This document shows positions 51,001 to 63,500 of a stretch of DNA of 64,000 bases, one piece after another. Positions within the stretch are counted from its first letter, which is position 1. Each line of letters begins with the position of its first letter. The position numbers and the translations under genes were made by a program. A model generated the notes under the pieces. That model searched no databases, was not told the DNA's origin, and saw only the letters and a program-made list of their open reading frames with translations. Source of the DNA: Epiperipatus broadwayi. Its lineage: Eukaryota > Animalia > Onychophora. The stretch is from positions 4,464,001 to 4,528,000 of the forward strand of contig JAQFVV010000011.1 of assembly GCA_028023455.1 (NCBI GenBank), in the 5' to 3' direction.

Positions 51001-54000
51001 ATATAAAACTTAGAGAAAGTAAAAATATCAGAATGGATTAATTTAAGAAATAACAGGTGGTAAAAGAATTATTAAAAATGCATTTTTTATTCAAATTTAA
51101 TCCTTAATAATAAACTTGAACAGATCAATGCTTCTATTGAAGGAGACCAATGCTACATTTTTGTTTTTAATCCTTTTAATTTTTATTCATAATGATCCAC
51201 TTCCTAATAAAAATTAATAATACTTTTCAATTACATCAGTATACACCATTATGCAAAAAAATAAGGTGTAATGAATTTATATTTTCATTGATACTTTTTC
51301 ATAACTATTAATGCTTATTTTTAATATATCTTTCTTCAAGAGTTTGTCATTTTTGCTTTTAAAATTTTATTTATATATTGTAATTAAAAATGTTACTCCC
51401 TTTACAAAAGCTGTGCAAGCACTAAACATTTTCATTCATAAAAAAACCAGCATCACCCTTATCTGGCTTACCTATAATAAACTAATGGGTAAGTAATATT
51501 TTTTGTAAAAAATCAATAAATAATATATCAAAGATTATTAAATAAAAAATTGCAAAACAATTTACAAAACTTTCATAATAAAAAAGTGCTTTTGGAATAT
51601 TTTTATTTAACTTATAACATGTATTTTAGACCTCATGTCAAAAACTTTCATAATCTAAAAATGGAATTTAAAAGGTTATTTTAATTTTATCACTTGCAGT
51701 CTTCTTGCTGCTTGTTGATGGTACTGCAGTGTCACCTAGCGGCCACATGTGGCGTAAATTACAACTACCACAGAAAGTACTTGATATGCTATATAAATGG
51801 CTGCTCTGATGGTTATATTAAACTAGGGATAGTCACTCATAACTCATTTAAACTTTTATATAAAATGAATTCCAGTGAATCAGAATGTAATGTTAAATCA
51901 ATACTTTAGAATTAGATATCAAATAAAAAAATCAAATTTCAGCATACATAGAAACAATAACAAAAGCATTAATTTCAGTGTAATGCAGAATTTAAATCAA
52001 TTTTGTAAAAGCATGCACAAGTTCTTAAATAGTAACAATTCATATCAATGAAAGCCAACAAATGTACACAAAAATTAAGACTGATTTTCTGATTTAGATT
52101 ATACATTTTTTAAACAAGTTAAAGCAGGCAAGTAATTAGAAAAGCTAATAAAAATTTTAAATGCTCTTAAAAGTAATATAAAAATTGAGTTAATATTTTG
52201 GATTTTTCAATTCAAGATTGTGTAATTTTTTTTTTCTTTTAGAGAAATAAATTGTCAGGCATTAATAGACAGTGTAAAAGCAATATATTCTTCAATTGAG
52301 CAATCTTGGAAGTAAAGATACTTAAGGAAAATTATCAAGATTATGTGCTTATTAGATATAATAAAGTACTGGTGCTACATTAGAACATCCAACTGCCATG
52401 CCATGGTCTGATAATAATGTCTAAAATTGGTCAGATGAATATTGACGTATCAATGTAAAACCAAAAATATAATTCTAATATGATGCAGCTTTCACTACTA
52501 GTGGGATAGGATATTACATCTATGACATTTTTTAATAGTCTAAACTTAAAATAGTAATAGATGACAGATGGTAGTGCTTACTAGATAGATGATAGCCAAA
52601 TAATATAGATGCTTAGAATCATAACACTAATGTTTTTGAATTTCAGGCTGGTAATTTGATAGAAAAAAGGAGTTGGCTTCTGAGTGAATGTTGTAATATA
52701 TTCTAAAAAGTCAAATTCAAAGCTTTTCATTGATAAAAATCACAAGCTAGAAACTAATCTGATGATATGGATAAAACACCTCTGGATAGAATTTATTAAG
52801 CACTACAATCTGGCATCTATTGTTTACTCAAAGTTACAATAGGTGGCAGAACTATAGTAAGAAAATATTCAAGGAAAGTAGTTTATTGTTTAAGGCTTGA
52901 ACGAGATCTTTAGCAATAAGGGAATATACGCATAAATGGAAAAATATGAGTGATTTAGTCTGCAAGTTGTGTAAGGAAGGCATAGAAAATATTAGGCATC
53001 TGTTGATTCAATGTAAATGCTTGAAAGCAGAAAGGGTTCAAATAATGAAGTTATGGAAGACTAAATATAAACAAAGTGATTATACAGAAGGTGGGTTATT
53101 GGTTTTTATGCTGGATTTGGTAACAGATAAGGGGGATTTAAATATGGAGTTGACATTATGTTGTGGAAATGGGATGGAGCAGGATATGGGGAAATTTAGG
53201 GTGGGGAATGGAAAGGGAAGGTAAAGTGGCTAACAGGTTTCTCTGGATATAGTTGCTGAGAGATTCCTGACTCCATATAAGGAGAAGTCACAGTGCATCA
53301 CATCTAGTGGATTAGAATGTAATATTAAATCAGTTTTGGTTCTGCATTTTGAAGTTGTAAGTAAATGTTTTACAACCAGCACAAATTAAAATTATTTTAA
53401 ACCATGTAATTAAAATGTCCAAGTGAACTGTCACAAGTTTAGATTTTATGAACTAATAATATATAGTTAAGTAAATGTTAATTTGCTTATAAAGTTTTTA
53501 CATATAAATGTTCAATAATTTGCTTGTTTGTTATATTCTCATGCAATGTTATTAATGTGTACACTCTCCCTAATAGAATCATATATAATGAGATAAAACT
53601 ATTAGGAATTTTAAACTTCTCTCTCGATATTATAATATATAAAATTAAAAGCGTATGAAATGCTTGAAAGAGAAGCTATACTAAGTGCAAAAAATATTAA
53701 ACATTAAGCGCTTTCGAGGCCCTTTGCCTCGTATTCATAGCAATAATGCGAAATGCAGAACAGAGAAATAAATTAGCGAAATATTTTTAACATCGGCAAC
53801 TAAAAATATTTCATTATTTATTTTAAATACAAATAATCTTTCTTATTGCATTGCCAAATGTATATAATATAATATTAAATCATTATCACTGTTTCACAAT
53901 GGTTTTAATTACCATCCTCTTTGATTCAAAACTCTCAAGGTGGTAATTAAAAGCATTGTGAAACAGTGATAAAGTGCATAAATGATTTAATATATTTTTA

Positions 54001-57000
54001 GATAGAGCTGAGCATAGTTTCAGTGTCATACACCAGAATCATAACTCTCACCAAAAAAAAATCATGTGCATCCTATAAACCTTGGGCCATATTCCAATAT
54101 AGTTCTTATTTTTGCAGGAACATGAATTTCTCACAAGTTGATAAAACATTCATATATTTGAGTACATTAATGATGGAACTTTTTCTTTAATAATCAAAAT
54201 ATAATCTTTTTTTTGTTTTGTAATGGATTCTGTGTTATATGATCTTTCTCTTTTTACTAAAAACTTAATTCTATTTTCCTCCACCCCCTTAAATCAGTAA
54301 TTGCATTTCATCCCTGAGTATCTCTCCAATCATGATTTTAATCCAAAAATGTGCAATAAACAATCCCAAAGTAATCTTTAAATTTAACCAATATGCATAA
54401 AGGAGTTTGTTTTTACAATTAATTAAGATCAAATGACTCTATATGATAGTAAGTTTTTATTTCAGTGTAGTAAAATATGATTAGCTCTGTACTCCATATT
54501 TCATTAATAGGAATATAAAATAAAATTAACATTAAAAAAAAAAGTACGCTTGTTATTTAATCATAAACAATACTCATTATACATATTTTAATACCATTCC
54601 AAAAATCAGTAAAACTATTTAAACGTTTTCATTAATATTTGCTAGAAGAAAAAAAAGATCCAATCAATACAATGAAATCTCAATCTCTGGTTTTTGAAGT
54701 CAACAGACAAAATGATAAATACCGGAAAACACTAGCATTAGGAACCCATTAAAAATGTAGATAAAAACAATTTAATGGTTAATTCACTGCAATAGCATTT
54801 CAATTAGGTTTATGACTAAAAGCATCTTACCTTAATTTTACAGGATGGGGCAAGGGGAGGGAAGAGCTATGATGTTAAGGGCATAAGTATTTCAAGTCGA
54901 TTCAAAATTCTACTTACATCAATTAAATACTGTAAATATTCACATAACTTTAGTTAATTTATTAAAATCTGGTAACCACCTAGAATTTCTGCTTTCAATT
55001 ATGAACTAAATAAGACTTGTTAAGTTACATTTAGCATTTGGATTTGAAGTATTTCATATTTGGAAAAAATATGTTGAAATAATAAGAATGCAATTTTTTA
55101 GATCTCATTTCCTTAATAAAAGAGCTATTTTTATCAGTTAAATTCCAGAATATTTCATATGTTTTTATTGTTATGTAAGTTTTTATGCTTATAATCTCCA
55201 ATTACAAATTCTTTGCAGATTAAATCATTGAATTACAACAATACAGCTAAACAAAAGTCAGAAGACAGTGATTAAAACAAATATAGCTGAATGCATGTGC
55301 CCTGAAAAAATTGAACATCCTAACACAATCTGCAACACTGGGAATTAATAGCATGACTTTTAAAAATGCTACTTACATACTTATTATTTGCAAATTGTGT
55401 GTGTATATATATATGTATGTAAAATAAATAACTGAATATTCTTTGAGACTTCATAAGATGTTCCACCACCAAACATGTTAACTTCTTTTCACCTATAAAA
55501 ATTTTCTCTCCAGAAATACAGTGAAATGTCTATTGATTATTCCCCTCAAATATTTTCCCATATCTTTCATATGTGCTTTTCTTAGCTCATCCAGATAAAT
55601 TCACTGTACTCACAGATATCATTTCTGCACTTTTTTTTGGTCCTATAACTGGACCATACAAATAAACATTTTTCCTGGTTCCATTTAGTTAAGTAAAAGA
55701 GAAGAGTGGTATCACTCTTTTCTTGTCAAAAAATCTCTGTCATGTGTCTAGGCCTTATTGCTCCTCAGACCGCTGTTGTCTGAAAGTAATAGGCACATGT
55801 GGAAGAATAGCAACCTTCCACTCATTACTAATTTAATATCAACATGCGATTTAAACAAAATATTATTCAAATTGTTATGTAATAAATCAAGGTCCTAATG
55901 TAATATTTTCACACATTAAGTTTTTTTTTTTAAAAATTTAAATAACATATAGTATGTCATGGAAACACTTGTTAAGAATCATTATGCATGATCATAAGTT
56001 TTTATTTAAATTCTCATTCATTGCAAGCTCTCCTATGAGTTCATCATTTTCATTCATTAACTTAGTTTAGTGAATTTTATTTTGTTAAATAAAAATAGAA
56101 GAAAATAGTGAACTTGAAGGTAAGACTAATTTTGCTAAGATTTATAAAGTTTTGTCAAAACTAAAAGCTTTCAGGTGTATCTACATTCCATTATACTAAG
56201 AAACAACATGGAGACAAAGGCCATGAAAATGTTTTAATTCTAAAAAAATAATGCACATAAAGTTTGCTACCCAAATGTCAACTGAAGATTTTTTTCACCA
56301 AGATCTTTTCATTTATGATTTGTTATATAAAAAATTACGATTGTTAATGAATATAAACGATTTGTAAATATCTAGCAACCATTATTTAGTACTTTCTAAT
56401 AGTTCTGATTTTTTAAAACTATACCTGTTTTTTTGTTGTAGTCATAAAATGGCAGATTCTAGAGTTCACGTCCATAGATTGAGGCCCAGCTCTAAATCAA
56501 ATTTTAGCATTTCGGTAATTTTGAAACATCCAAAAAATAATTATTGGTCTAGACACTTAAATTTTAACTTATTTTATCCTATCTTTTGATGATTCCTTAT
56601 TCTATCATTTTTTAAAAATAGTTAATTAATTCGTTTGACTATTTTGTTTAAATTTTAATATTTTTAACTCAATAAGATAATTTACTATTACAGAAATCCT
56701 CATGTATCTGCAATATAGCAAATCATAATGTTTTTCACACATGCATAAATACATTTATTTACGTAGTGTATATGCATTGCAAAAAATCAACATATATATA
56801 AATTGAACCTTTTTTGTTGTTGTTTGTTTATTTCATTATATATTTTTTTTTGAATTGCAGATAAAGAAGAATGCTGCATTTCTTATTTTATTTATACTAG
56901 TGTATTGTAACGAGCACAGACGTTCGTTACATTGTTTTTTTTTATATTTATTAAACATGAAAGTAAATCAAAAAGTTCGCATTTAAAAATTTTCTTTAAG

Positions 57001-59337
57001 AATTAAAAATTGAAATTAAATATCATCTTAAACTCGTATATATTAAATCGCACAGATAAAAAAAAATTATTAAAATAAAACTGTATTAAAAATAGAAAAG
57101 GTATTTTAAAACAAAAACTTAAAAAGATTTAGAGATAAAAATATATCTTTGATTTGGAAAACAGGTTAATTAAAGAGAAATGGAAATGATTGTTAATTAG
57201 TTAAATGTAAACCAGCCTTGGGCATTTAAATGTAAAAACATCGGTCAGAGAGGAAAACAATAGAAACTTTTAGCAAATGAAATAAATCCATTGGGAAATC
57301 GGACCTCAACGAAAAGGATCATCGCATCGATGACGTAATGTAAATGCAATCCTTCAAATGAATATAAAAGGACATGGTTGAAAATTATTAGGGATTGATT
57401 ATTGATTATTACGATGTGACTATATGTAGTACTATGGAGTTGGAGGTGATGGAATTGACAGACGCACTGTCAATTCTGTCAGCTGTTAAAGAAAGAAAGA
57501 GAAATGAACTATCGTTTTTCTACATTGAGGACCAGTTAAAACAAAAACCTCCGGATGGATAAATAAATCGGCCAACAGAATATCAATCTTAGGACGGCGT
57601 GGGAATTTACGTTCATGGCAAGCAACGGATAAAGTTGGACGTTTTAAAAATCGTAAGAACTTTATATTCACTTGAAACAATAAGAACTCTAAATTTTAAA
57701 ACTTTTTAGTAAATAATGCAATAGAATCCTATCTGACCAAACTAAATTCTTTATTAATAGTGTTATTTGATGTATTTTTTTTCTTATTTATGTAAAATCA
57801 TTTCCATTTATTTATTTTTTTATTCTTTAAGTTTTTATCATGATTTTTTTGTTTTTCGTTAAATTAATTATATAAATGTTAAACTTAAGTCGGGCGTGAA
57901 TGGCTGTATAGATTTGTAAAGTTATATTAGGGGAGGGTAATCTTAGGTTATTTGTGTCGTTGTTAGATTGGGTCAATGGATTGGATATATTGATGTAGTT
58001 AGTAGATGTAATCGGAGATTCGCTACTGGCAGAATCGCTTCATACGCCGCACTCTCTCGTTTTGCCTATGGAAGGAATTATAAGACGCAGAGCGCAGTTC
58101 CTTTCTATGGAGTTTTTTTTTTTATTGTTCTTCTCGTTGGATAGAAGTAATATTCCTATCTAATGAGAGTCAATATCTTCTCTTAATCTTTTGGTGCTGC
58201 CGTATTCCGTATTACATTGAATACATCGATGTATCAGATGGATTGATGCCAGTTTGACTGCGAATTTTAGCCTAAGGTTAAATAGGGATAGAATATTTTA
58301 TTTTCAAATGCAAATCTATGTGGTCTATTCATACTTGACCCTAAATAAAAATGCATTAAATTTAAGTTGTTTATAGACGCTTGCATGGATTGGTTATCGG
58401 TTAAGTATGTTTTGGGTTTTCATATTTGATCAAAATATATAGACATTCGATAAATAATGATACCTTACGGTGAGTATCTAAAATGTATTTATTCGGATGT
58501 CTTTTAAGTTATTGGTGACAATGCAAGTATCTTATGATGAATACTATTGGGTTACGTATAAATTTCCCTCCGCAATTGTCAGTAATCAATAATTTTGTAT
58601 TTTGATCGTTTATGTTTACTTTGGAATGTTTTTAACCGTGTAATCTATGTAACCGATCTATAGCAACATATTAAAACAAGTTTTTTATAATCCCATCTGT
58701 GCGAACTTAATTAAAATGTAAAATTAGAATATAATAGTAATTAAATGTAAATTAAAGTCAAAAATCAAAGTTAAAAATAATGTTAAAATGTAAAACTAAT
58801 ACTAAAATAATTTTAAATCTTATATATATGTGCATAAATAAATATTTTTATGTGCTAATTTCTGGCAGTGGCTTTTATTCTTTTATATTTAAGATATAAA
58901 AATTTATAGATTTTTATCTCAGCGTCTCCGTTGAGCTAGTGACATGGGCTAACGACCGGAACCAAAATATTTAAAAAAAAAAAAATTTTTTTTTTTGACT
59001 TACGCATCTGCCTACTTTATAAATTTTTCTAGGTTCAAATGCCTAGATGGCGCCCCATAGTGCAGATGACGTTAAGTCGCTTTCTCTGGATCGTTACAGT
59101 ATGTACTATTGCATTTTAAATGGTGTAAAAATCATTTCAACTTACACTTGTTTTCCATAATCCAAGATTTGGTGAACACTCAAAGAAGCATAATTCCTGG
59201 ACGAAGTATTTTTGACATTGAGGAGATAATTTTCCACAATGATTGAAATTAAAACGATGCCATGTCCCATTAAAGTAGTGGCTAAAGTTTTTAGTGTTTT
59301 CTGCAGAACAACAAGAATGATCTGCCCAAGGCTTGCA
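47807..59337 (-). CDS. FOLR: Folate receptor family protein with GPI-signal-like tail (FOLR/Juno/riboflavin-binding family), last three coding exons; first exon not found
   Basis: Exons 59146-59337, 48487-48622 and 47807-48099 splice in phase (0,1). The product has CKPW..HSCCS, RFNFNHCG..SPQCQKYFVQELCFFECSPNLG, VPLCQSECEGWWEACK, TCRDNWMRGFNWSSG, FCEQVWDDSF and a hydrophobic C-terminal tail. Confidence 0.93.
48487..48622 (-). CDS. FOLR: Folate-receptor-like exon, 136 nt (IKMKSRSERYYKVPLCQSECEGWWEACKFDLTCRDNWMRGFNWSSG)
   Basis: aattttag acceptor, g|gtattg donor; gapless match to FOLR1 VDQSWRKERVLNVPLC...WNWTSG. Confidence 0.94.
50370..50641. mobile_element. MITE-like fold-back (272 bp, ~115-bp arms, CACAGAG termini)
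   Basis: cacagagacaaaactctccatgcag...ctagtgcctattcatc mirrors gatgagtaggcactag...ctgtatggagagttttgcctctgtg. No clear TSD. Confidence 0.8.
51690..51769 (-). mobile_element. Solo terminus of a Merlin-family element
   Basis: Minus strand GGTAGTTGTAATTTACGCCACATGTGGCCGCTAGGTGACACTGCAGTACCATCAA shares its terminus with the 38002 MITE and its sub-terminus with the 31782 element. Confidence 0.7.
52860..53330 (+). mobile_element. 3' fragment of a non-LTR retrotransposon ORF2 (CCHC zinc knuckle)
   Basis: ORF 52946-53224 contains CKLCKEGIENIRHLLIQC (Cx2Cx8Hx4C), typical of LINE ORF2 C-termini. Confidence 0.65.
53883..53972. repeat. 32-bp inverted repeat (1 mismatch), 26-nt loop
   Basis: ttatcactgtttcacaatggttttaattacca / tggtaattaaaagcattgtgaaacagtgataa. 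Confidence 0.85.
56897..56931 (-). mobile_element. Helitron 3' terminus signature; 5' end not located
   Basis: Minus strand has hairpin TGTAACGA-N10-TCGTTACA, followed 5 nt later by CTAG then T. Confidence 0.6.
57880..58700 (-). mobile_element. Possible degenerate non-LTR retrotransposon 3' part
   Basis: CpG-richer block with broken minus-strand frames, ending ...cagccattcacgcccgacttaag into an A-rich tract. No diagnostic motif was read. Confidence 0.3.
59146..59337 (-). CDS. FOLR: Folate-receptor-like exon, 192 nt (CKPWADHSCCS...ECSPNLGLWKTS)
   Basis: tttag acceptor, gtaagt donor, phase 0/0; colinear with human FOLR1 CRPWRKNACCS...ECSPNLGPWIQQ. Confidence 0.94.
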
Positions 59338-60375
59338 CTAAACGTTCAAAAACGAAAATGTATTAGAAACATCAAAATATAAAAACTTTTTTATTGGACA
59401 CATTCCACATTGAAATTAGTATAGAAACTAAAATACTTATGTGAATCCAATATCATTACTAGGAATATAAAAAGAATAAGAGTAACTAATTTCAAAGATC
59501 AAGCACTATTATAAATGGTACAGAAATATTATAAATTTTATATAAAAACATTTCAATATTTATATGTTCAATGCAAATGCGAAAATTATTTAATTTTAAG
59601 AAACTTAACTTACTTTAAAAAACAAATGTAATATTTATTACTATCTATGATACTTCCAATTTTGATATATGCATTTATTTCTAGTAATGAATAAATCCAT
59701 TGTTATTCAATATTTAACTTACAAAATAAACTTGACTCAAAAATCACTTTGCTAAACATTACGATCAAGTTCAACCTCGTATATTTTCAAAGGTATTTCC
59801 AATCTTCTCTAGATATTCAACAGAAATATCGCACTTAAAAAGTGTTTATTTTATATTTTCTGCAATTATTATTTAAGTTTAAACAACCTGCGTTCTAAAC
59901 ATATACAAATTCCATACCATTTTAATGTAAATATAATTTACAATTATCAATTTTTAACACTTATTTATTAACTAATAATAACCTTTAAAAAAATTAACCG
60001 GGATATTTTACATTAAAAACATTTCTCGTATAAATTATAAATAGAATTGCAACTGAATTGAGATTATCTTCATTACTTCCACCATTCATTCTAGACAAGG
60101 AAAAAAAACCAAAAATTGAAGGTGGTTTTTTGTGATAACTATATACAAATCAAAATCTGTGAACCACAAATATATCCAATATCCATCGCAAACTGGAATA
60201 TGTACAGTAAACTACAACGAAAGCTTTTTTACAAACTTTTTGAACTCTAATGTACTAACTTTATAATACTTAAATATTTAGACAATATTTAAATCTAGAG
60301 ATCCATACAACTATTTAAGACACTATACTTGAACACACATCAAATATAATTTCATATTCTATTTTTAATATTAAG

Positions 60376-60530
60376 TAATAATCTGTAGATTTATACTTTA
60401 CGTTTGTCATCAATATGATATTAAATCGTGCTATCACACTTCCAACGTAAAGCTGTAACAACAAATATAAAACTGAATTAAATGGCTGAGCGCTTTCAAG
60501 AAGATGTACTTCTCATATTCATAGCCAGTT
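60376..60530 (-). mobile_element. PLE-tail-like repeat with a non-canonical hammerhead-like motif; same family as the 23309 insertion
   Basis: 60376-60480 matches 23309-23412. Minus strand 60527-60483 reads TGGCT ATGAATAT GAGAAG TACAT CTTCTT GAAA GCGC TC AGCCA. Confidence 0.65.
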
Positions 60531-63500
60531 ATGATTCTTTCTTTGAAATCATTATATAAATAAATACTATATGCAAATTCTATGCAAATGAGTTACTAAG
60601 ACCATCTTTTAGATATAGCAAAACATGCATCCTTGCGATTAATGGCAAAGGAGTCCTCTGCTATAAAGTAAGCTTCTTTTACCTTTCGCTTAATATCATG
60701 CCTCAGTACAAACTAATTTTGCAGATGCATTTACTAATAATTTCATTGTGATAACAACTGAGTTATTAAACCTCAATTCCTCCTGGGTACCTTGCATTTT
60801 TTAATGATCATAAAAGGATGCTTTTTTTTAAAGCAGTGGATTCTTACAGCTCACTGTTTTGTGAACAGACTAAATTGCAATGGCATTCAATTCTTACAAT
60901 AATAGCCTAAAATAAGATAAAAAATTCCAAGTTTTGCACAAATATAAGATTTGAGTATTGGTTATCTGACTGAAATTTTTCACAGCATTACTATTAGGAA
61001 TACACCTAGCATTCTTATGAATGTTTTCATATTTAAATCTTCTATCACAGGATTTAAGTTTCAAATCACTAGTCACTTAACATCATCCTTGTTTTCCATT
61101 GTTATACTATAATTTCAAATAAATTCTTTTACTGAAGGCTGTTTGCAGCAGACAGGTTTCTACAATATATAATGATTGGAAATATTTTTACCAAAGAATC
61201 AATTCTTGAAAGAAATTTAACTAATTCTTGACAAATTAATAATTTAGCAGGAATGTACCCATTTCATGGAAAATTGTGGAGTTATAATTATGCATTATAC
61301 AAACAAAAGATATATATATATTTGTATTTCAAAACCCACAGCAGAATTCTCAACCACTTCTGGTTTGAAATAGTAAATTAATTAATCTTAAATAATGCCA
61401 CTGTTAACTACCTATTACATGCCGTCTGTTATTTCCTTGCACTTATCTGTGACAATGAGTTAATTTGTTTGTACAACCCTTCCAACGAATTGCATTGGAA
61501 CTTGATTGGAATGTTTCAATTTGGCAAAGATTATGTTTGAGGCAGCCCTATTTAAGAATCACCCTACCTACTGCAAACGTGGAAGAGGTCTGATAATGGT
61601 GTTCTAAAAATGGACGGCTTGCACAATCTAGTTGTTGTCATACATTACTCACTCATTAAAGCAATAATGTTAATAATAATACAGCAAGAGGAAGCTGTAG
61701 TTTAATTTTTATCTAAATGCCATGCATAAACTTGTATTTAATGCTAACTCTTCAAGATCTGCTCAGAGGAAATACAGCTAACGAATTACCACAATTTAAT
61801 AAAAATATGGCTGCTCTTAGTGAAATTCATCATCCAGAGTTTAATTGAACATATATATGAATAAAATGTTATATATAGATTGCAAAATAAGCTCTTAACA
61901 AGCATATGAATTTAAAAATGTTGGTAGAGCAGTTCATCTAATGAAAGGACACTGCATGATATTGGTTGTATATATCAATAAAAAGCTACTAATATTAAAC
62001 TTGGTTTGTCAAGTTTATAGTCCATTGTTATATTCAAACAAAGAAAACTATACTGGATTGTATTATTATATCTAATATGGGGGGAGGGGGGTTAATGCAC
62101 ACAGTAAGAATACTCATAATGAGAATGATGCTATAAACTCAAATTGGCCATCGAGAATATTTAGGAGGAAAATTGTTAAGAATCTTGATCGCATCTCTGC
62201 CCCCCCCCCCAAAAAAAAAATGGCATTTAATAAACTACATGTAAGCCAGAATTAAGAATATAACAGACAGTTTCTATTACATAAACACTGGCAAATACAG
62301 ACTATTAGCCCAAGATCGCAATTAGCATGCTGCAAGATTAAAATAATAGTTGCATTAAAAATAGATCCTATTCCAATCATATGTGTAAGAAATCTGATAT
62401 TTATTCTTTAAAAGCATCAACTATACAAGCCAATAGCTTCCCTAGCGTAATATTTACTTATTTTGACTTTCACAAGTCATGTGAACGCAAGTAAGTATTC
62501 TCAATGATTCTATTATTACCAATTTGATTAAAAGACATTTATTAATTGGCAAAATAATAAATTGAATTTGGAACTTTATAACCAATATAGATTTAATGGA
62601 AGAAGTTCAACAACTGACTGGAAAGTTTAAAAAGACTGATAAACTAGAACTGCAAAAGAGAAGCAACCATTTGGCGATAATAATCACTTGAGATTTTTTT
62701 TTATGCAATGAAAGTAATAAATGGACTTGATGCTTATTAAATCTAAGGGATAGCACATATATATGTATTTGTTTTATAAGATAATATTTAGAACATGTGA
62801 CAAAAATATGATTACTTTTTGAATAATGATGATTGAGATGGTGGCTTTTAATGATATATTCCTTTATATAATTATGACGCGTTTTTTTCCTTGTTTGATC
62901 AATTTATAAGGTAATTTTTACTTAAGTGGACGATGGTAAAATGTAACTATTACGCTGTTTGATGCAATGTAAAAATTAAGCAAAATTGACAAATACATAT
63001 ATATATATATATAAGAATGTAATGATGTATCTTCTTAACATTAACGATATTTATAAGAATAATCAGTTTTTATAGCATATTACTAATGAATTAAAAAGTA
63101 ACTAGTATTGTGAAAGAGACCACACTGTGCAAAATTAATTGGCTGATATATGGAATTGATCTGTATTTTAACTAAAACAGGATATGAGAGAAGGCAGTAA
63201 GGCTTTCTTTTATGCACTGTTCTCTAAAAGTTTGTTCACTTTTTCTTTTTTAGCCTTTTAGGAACTCTTTTCTTTGTATCTATTCCTGCCAGGTAAAATT
63301 GTTCCAGAGAGAATAGGATGATGTCATTAATATTTAATTTTATCCACTATACTGCTTCTGTTTTAGTAGGTATAATTTTTTCTACTGACAAATGTATCTA
63401 TTTGATTTTTTTGCTGATATGCAATGAGAATTCTGAGCATTGGCTATTGGGAAAATTATCATGATTTTTTTGAATTGCTTTTGTAAAACTATTTTTCCCA

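Noticed and set aside
55440-55870. Possible mariner/Tc1 fragment
   Set aside because: No DDE-region motif (e.g. YSPDL) could be read with confidence.
59400-59760. First coding exon of the folate receptor gene (NKCIYQNWKYHR; ATG TTT AGC AAA; several good splice sites)
   Set aside because: Every combination I tried gave an in-frame stop, the wrong phase or a 42-nt intron, and none has a signal peptide or PGPE-like motif. These could be UTR exons.
60831-60870. KQWILTAHCF as a trypsin-like serine protease motif
   Set aside because: One Ala of TAAHC is missing, there is no exon context or Asp/Ser catalytic motif nearby, and surrounding frames are broken. More likely an unclassified TE relic.
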